In this document: positions 59,754-64,000 of the stretch, piece after piece
Layout: the number at the start of each line of letters is the position of its first letter
Numbering within the stretch: the first letter of the stretch is position 1
Source: Flaccisagitta enflata
Taxonomy: Eukaryota
Length of the DNA stretch: 64,000 nucleotides
Assembly (NCBI GenBank): GCA_965153355.1
Contig: OZ231126.1
Location: forward strand, 42,222,001-42,286,000
Direction: 5' to 3'
Notes under the pieces: generated by a model
Database searches by the model: none
The model's input: the letters and a program-made list of their open reading frames with translations, nothing else
Told to the model about the DNA's origin: nothing
Translations under genes and position numbers: made by a program

Positions 59754-60750
59754 CAGGGTGGCAGAAACAGGGGCACACTTGGCACATTGTGCCTCGGAAC
59801 CATAGCTTAAAAGTCGGACTTATAGATTTGATAATTTGGAAAAAAGTCGAAGAGACGAAGTCCCTTCGGTCTTTTTGAGTCCTGCAGAGAAAAACGGATT
59901 TCTCTTTGTTTTATGAGGCGTTTGGGCAAGTTGGTGCATTTTTCGGGCAGAAGGAAACTACGCATGAAATTAATAGCTAAGAAAGAGCTAATTCTCCTCT
60001 TTCAGATGACGCCAAGCAGAATTCTGTGCAATTAATAGTTTTGGAGCTATGATTTTTTAAATTTTTTAATATTTTTTGCATTTTTCACATTTTTCCCAAA
60101 AACAAGGAATTGAGTTAATTGAAGTCTATTTGAACTTTGAAATGTCCCAAGTGATGATTGTGCATCCTGGCAGCACAGTCTCTCTCTCATTTCAACTCTG
60201 GACTCTATGAGAGGCTCTGTCTGTCAGTCCATCCATTGGTCTGTTGGTCCGTTTGTCCGTCTGAGTTGAAAAGTGGAAAAACAAGCGGTCTAGATGCTTG
60301 TGTGTGGGGGTTGGGGTTGGGGTGTGGATGGGGGTTGGATGCCTCTCTTTCAAACAGAAAAACACATGTAGAGAGTGGAACAAACCAATAAGATGCCAGA
60401 AGAAAAAAAAAGGCAATCAACTAGACAAACACTATCACAAAAAATTCCAAAACATCGCACTTACGACTTTTTTCCTACGGCGAGAGCCGCCTTTATTGGT
60501 AGGAAAAATTAGGGAAATAGAGGAGAAAAATAGGAGGAAAACGGAAAAATCAAAAGGATTTGTAGGGTTTTAGGTTTGATCACTTACTCTTTTGATGTGG
60601 GAACTCTAAGTTTCCATGAAATTAAAGGTAAGATGCAGAAAATTAGTAGTTTTATGCAAAATTTACATAATAACAGCTAATTTTTACAAGTCGGATTAAT
60701 AGCGCTGCAAAAACTTGTGCCTCGGACCTATAGAATTTTCTGCCACCCTG
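59754..60750. mobile_element. hAT-like MITE containing a family-A HINE
   Basis: TIR CAGGGTGGCAGAAA; perfect 8-bp TSD TGTGAGTG. Confidence 0.88.
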
Positions 60751-60836
60751 TGTGAGTGTGTGTGCCCCTAGGCCCTGCTCATACACAACAATTCAGTTTA
60801 TCACATTGATCAGGGCGACGGTTACCGCTGACCATG

Positions 60837-62527
60837 CATACTGGAATTCAAATGCCGCCGCTTCTTTTTTTTTTTATTTTTTCATCATAACAGTCTCTGA
60901 TGCTAAATTATAAGAAAACTATTTGCTTATACTTTGAAAACTGATGAAATATTGAGGAAGAGAATAGTTGTCTTGTGGTTCCTTTTGGTAGAAATTGTTT
61001 ATGCCTTTCCGCTTAAGCTCAAGGAAAAAAAATTCAAAAGATAAACTTTTTCGAAAATCACTGAAAGGTGCAGGGTAACACCCCTTTTTAGGCTCTCCCA
61101 GCGGCTTGCTTCTTTACACATGTGCGAGCCTTGGATGACTGGGTACGTGTAAGGAGATAGTGATGAGTGCCACAACTATAGCAATTTTTAAACGAACCTG
61201 GTATCATGATTGATGGAAATGGATTTCATGTAAGACTCATTAAATTAGTTCACTATTAAGCTTCACTTCCTTTGGGGCATTCAGCACTTTAGACAGTTAG
61301 GAGTGAAAAGCGGTCACTTTGGATATTTCAATGTCAGGGCTGGACTAACACCCTGTGCAGGATATTTGGCACAATCATATTGACAAAATAACTATTCTTC
61401 TAGATGGCCCAGTGAGTTGAAAATTGAAACGTAGTCTTTTGATAAGTTCCACTGGATGTAAAAGTGCGCCAATACTCAGTCTTGCGACTGCTCTTTTCCA
61501 GGCGTCAGATTTTGATGGTTTTTTATCGGCAAAATTTGGTGAAGGGAAACACTTACACTTAAGGCCTATTGAGAACTACTGCGATACTCAGGTGTATGCA
61601 GGGCGTTACCAAGCAAAGTCTCTCGTTGCTTTGCAGGATCGAATCCATGTCAAAACCAAGCAAGTCATCAATCTTTTCTGCTCAATCAATGACTGAATTA
61701 TCAAATCCGCGGCTGATGGACCCTACTTGTCCTTCAAATAAATTGTTATTTTTCAACTTCATCACTACTTTTTGGACAAATTTGATCTATTTTGAACAAT
61801 TAAATTTCCTGTTGAGGCTGTTAAGGCACCGCAATAGCAACAAGTGAAGGGGCCTGGGTCTGAAGGGGGTTTGGAAGGCCCTTTAAACAGGGGTGTATAA
61901 TGTTGAGTGGCATTTGATTTTATTCCCCCCCCCTGCATTTGATTTTCTTCCCCGCGACGCATTGCGTCGCGTTAAGAAATCATTGATTTTTTTACCCTCA
62001 AAGCTATGAAACAGTATTTTTTAGGTTTTAATAGTGTTAAATTGTGTTGTAGTAATTACATTTTACCTTTTGGTACTGCCAAAAGTGTTAAATCTTCAAA
62101 AATTTTTCTTTTTCTTTTTTTCAACCTTTTGATTTTCTTCCCCATCTCCAAACCATTTGATTTTATTCCCCCCCCCACCGGGGGGGGGGAATACTCAACA
62201 TTATACACACCTGCCTTTAAATCATTATTTAACCAGTCGCCCCATGTGTAAAGAAGCAAGCCGCTGGGAGAGCCTAAAAAGGGGTGTTACCCTGCACCTT
62301 TCAGTGATTTTCGAAAAAGTTAATCTTTTGAATTTTTTTTCCTTGAGCTTAAGCGGAAAGGCATAAACAATTTCTACCAAAAGGAACCACAAGACAACTA
62401 TTCTCTTCCTCAATATTTCATCAGTTTTCAAAGTATAAGCAAATAGTTTTCTTATAATTTAGCATCAGAGACTGTTATGATGAAAAAATAAAAAAAAAAG
62501 AAGCGGCGGCATTTGAATTCCAGTATG
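60837..62527. mobile_element. Element with ~286-bp near-perfect TIRs, apparent 3-bp TSD (ATG) and degenerate coding interior
   Basis: 60837-61122 is the reverse complement of ~62242-62527; ATG at 60834-60836 and 62528-62530. Confidence 0.85.
61888..62213. mobile_element. hAT-like MITE nested in the long-TIR element
   Basis: TIR CAGG(G/T)GTGTATAATGTTGAGT; perfect 8-bp TSD CCTTTAAA. Confidence 0.88.
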
Positions 62528-64000
62528 ATGGGTAAAATGTGGTAAGCGAAACCTGTTGCCCTGCTTTGCATGATTGGGAATAAGAGCGAATTGAAGCAAT
62601 AGCCCCGAAAGTGGCAAAGTCCTGTGGTAGAACACGGGACTTTGTTCTTCTAGCATGTGAGGGCTGAAATATGCCCTGAGAATGCTAAATGCTAATTTTA
62701 GGCTTGAGAGGGCTGTTTTGAGGCCTGAGCCGATTGATTAGGTTTCTATGAATGCCGCTTTAAAGCCTGAGATGATTAAATTGAAGCCTGCGAGGCCTGA
62801 GTGGGCTGATTTGAGGCTGAAGAGAGCAGATTTGAGGTCTGAAAGAGCAGCAATGGGACTGATGTGAGGCCTGAGAGTCTAGAGGAGGTCTAGGTAGGCT
62901 GATTTGAAGCCAGAGGGGACTGATTTGCGGCTAGGGAGGGCAGATTTTAGGTGTGAAATGATAGATTTCAGGTTAGGAAGGGCCGATCTCAGGCCTGAGA
63001 GGGCAGATTTGAGGCCTGAGAGGGCAGATTTGGGTTCTGAGAGGACAGATTTGGGTTCTGAGAGGACAGATTTGAGTTCCTAGAGGGCAGATTTGAGTTC
63101 CGAGTGGGAAGATTTGAGTTCCGAGAGGGCAGATTTGAGGCCTGAGCTGAGAGGACTGATTTAAGGCCTGGGAGGGGGGCTAACGAACGTACAAATGGTC
63201 GATGAAAGTCCCCCTAGGCCCCTTCTTCTATAAGACTTCGTCCACTTTGAGCCGAGCTGCCCAAAAAAGAGAAAAGCGTTCTATGGTCAGCGGTGTATGT
63301 AATTGGGTACATGGGTGATGGTAAGAGGGGCAGCGGCCTGAGCTTTACCCGGGGCCTCTGGTGAAGAAGTACGGAATACTCATGCCTCTCACCGAAGTGC
63401 TTAATGATATAGGGAGGCCTTATCGGGAAAAAGTCGAAGTCAGTCTTCGACTTTTTGACATTTGAGAGAAACATGGTTTTCATTTTCTTATGCGAAAGTT
63501 GAGCATCTACACAGAGTAAATGTGGCCTTCAAAAAAATTGATAGGGTAAGTAGATTTGATAATTCTCTTTTATTTGGCACCAAGCAGAGTTTTCTACGAC
63601 AAATATTTTTCGCGCTATGATTTTTTAAAGATTTATTTACGAAGAATGCAAATTGAATTTTTTTTCAATTTTTTTATGATTTTGAGTAGGATCAATAAAG
63701 AAGTGTTTGTCACAATGCAAACGAAGACAAAATTTGTTTTTCAGTCAGAATAAAACATTTTAGATAGTTGCCTTCATTAGTATCAAAATCTGAATTTTAT
63801 TTTTTTACACTTATAATTACTCTATTAGTATTTTCAAAAAGTAAATAAACAGAAATTATAAATAGTTTAATGTTTAAAGGCCAAGGTTGTTGAAAACATG
63901 GATATTTCTAATAAAAAAGAGAACAAAATTTCAAAAAACTGTTGAGTGAAATTATATTACTGCTTCTAGATGCAAAATTTTGCATTTTCAAAAACATGAC

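Overview
Eukaryotic, repeat-rich animal (probably invertebrate) genomic DNA. (1) 1-5390: a Penelope-like retroelement with permuted domain order (N-terminal GIY-YIG endonuclease, CxC linker, C-terminal RT; Naiad type), flanked by near-identical ~905-bp direct repeats (pseudo-LTRs). Its single ~938-codon ORF is split at a TA site by a 409-bp MITE. The pseudo-LTR holds a compact multi-helix pseudoknot that is not a canonical hammerhead; this is the best candidate here for an undescribed functional RNA. The 3' UTR has four related hairpins. (2) 11686-21792 (-): an intact 8-exon flavin-containing monooxygenase gene (596 aa). (3) 33463-58596 (+): a 23-exon FAM193-family gene (2035 aa). The rest is dense, often nested non-autonomous DNA transposons (TA-TSD and 8-bp-TSD MITEs, Helentron/HINE-like elements carrying satellites) and microsatellites. 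Gene models and base pairings were derived by hand. No database search or folding program was run.
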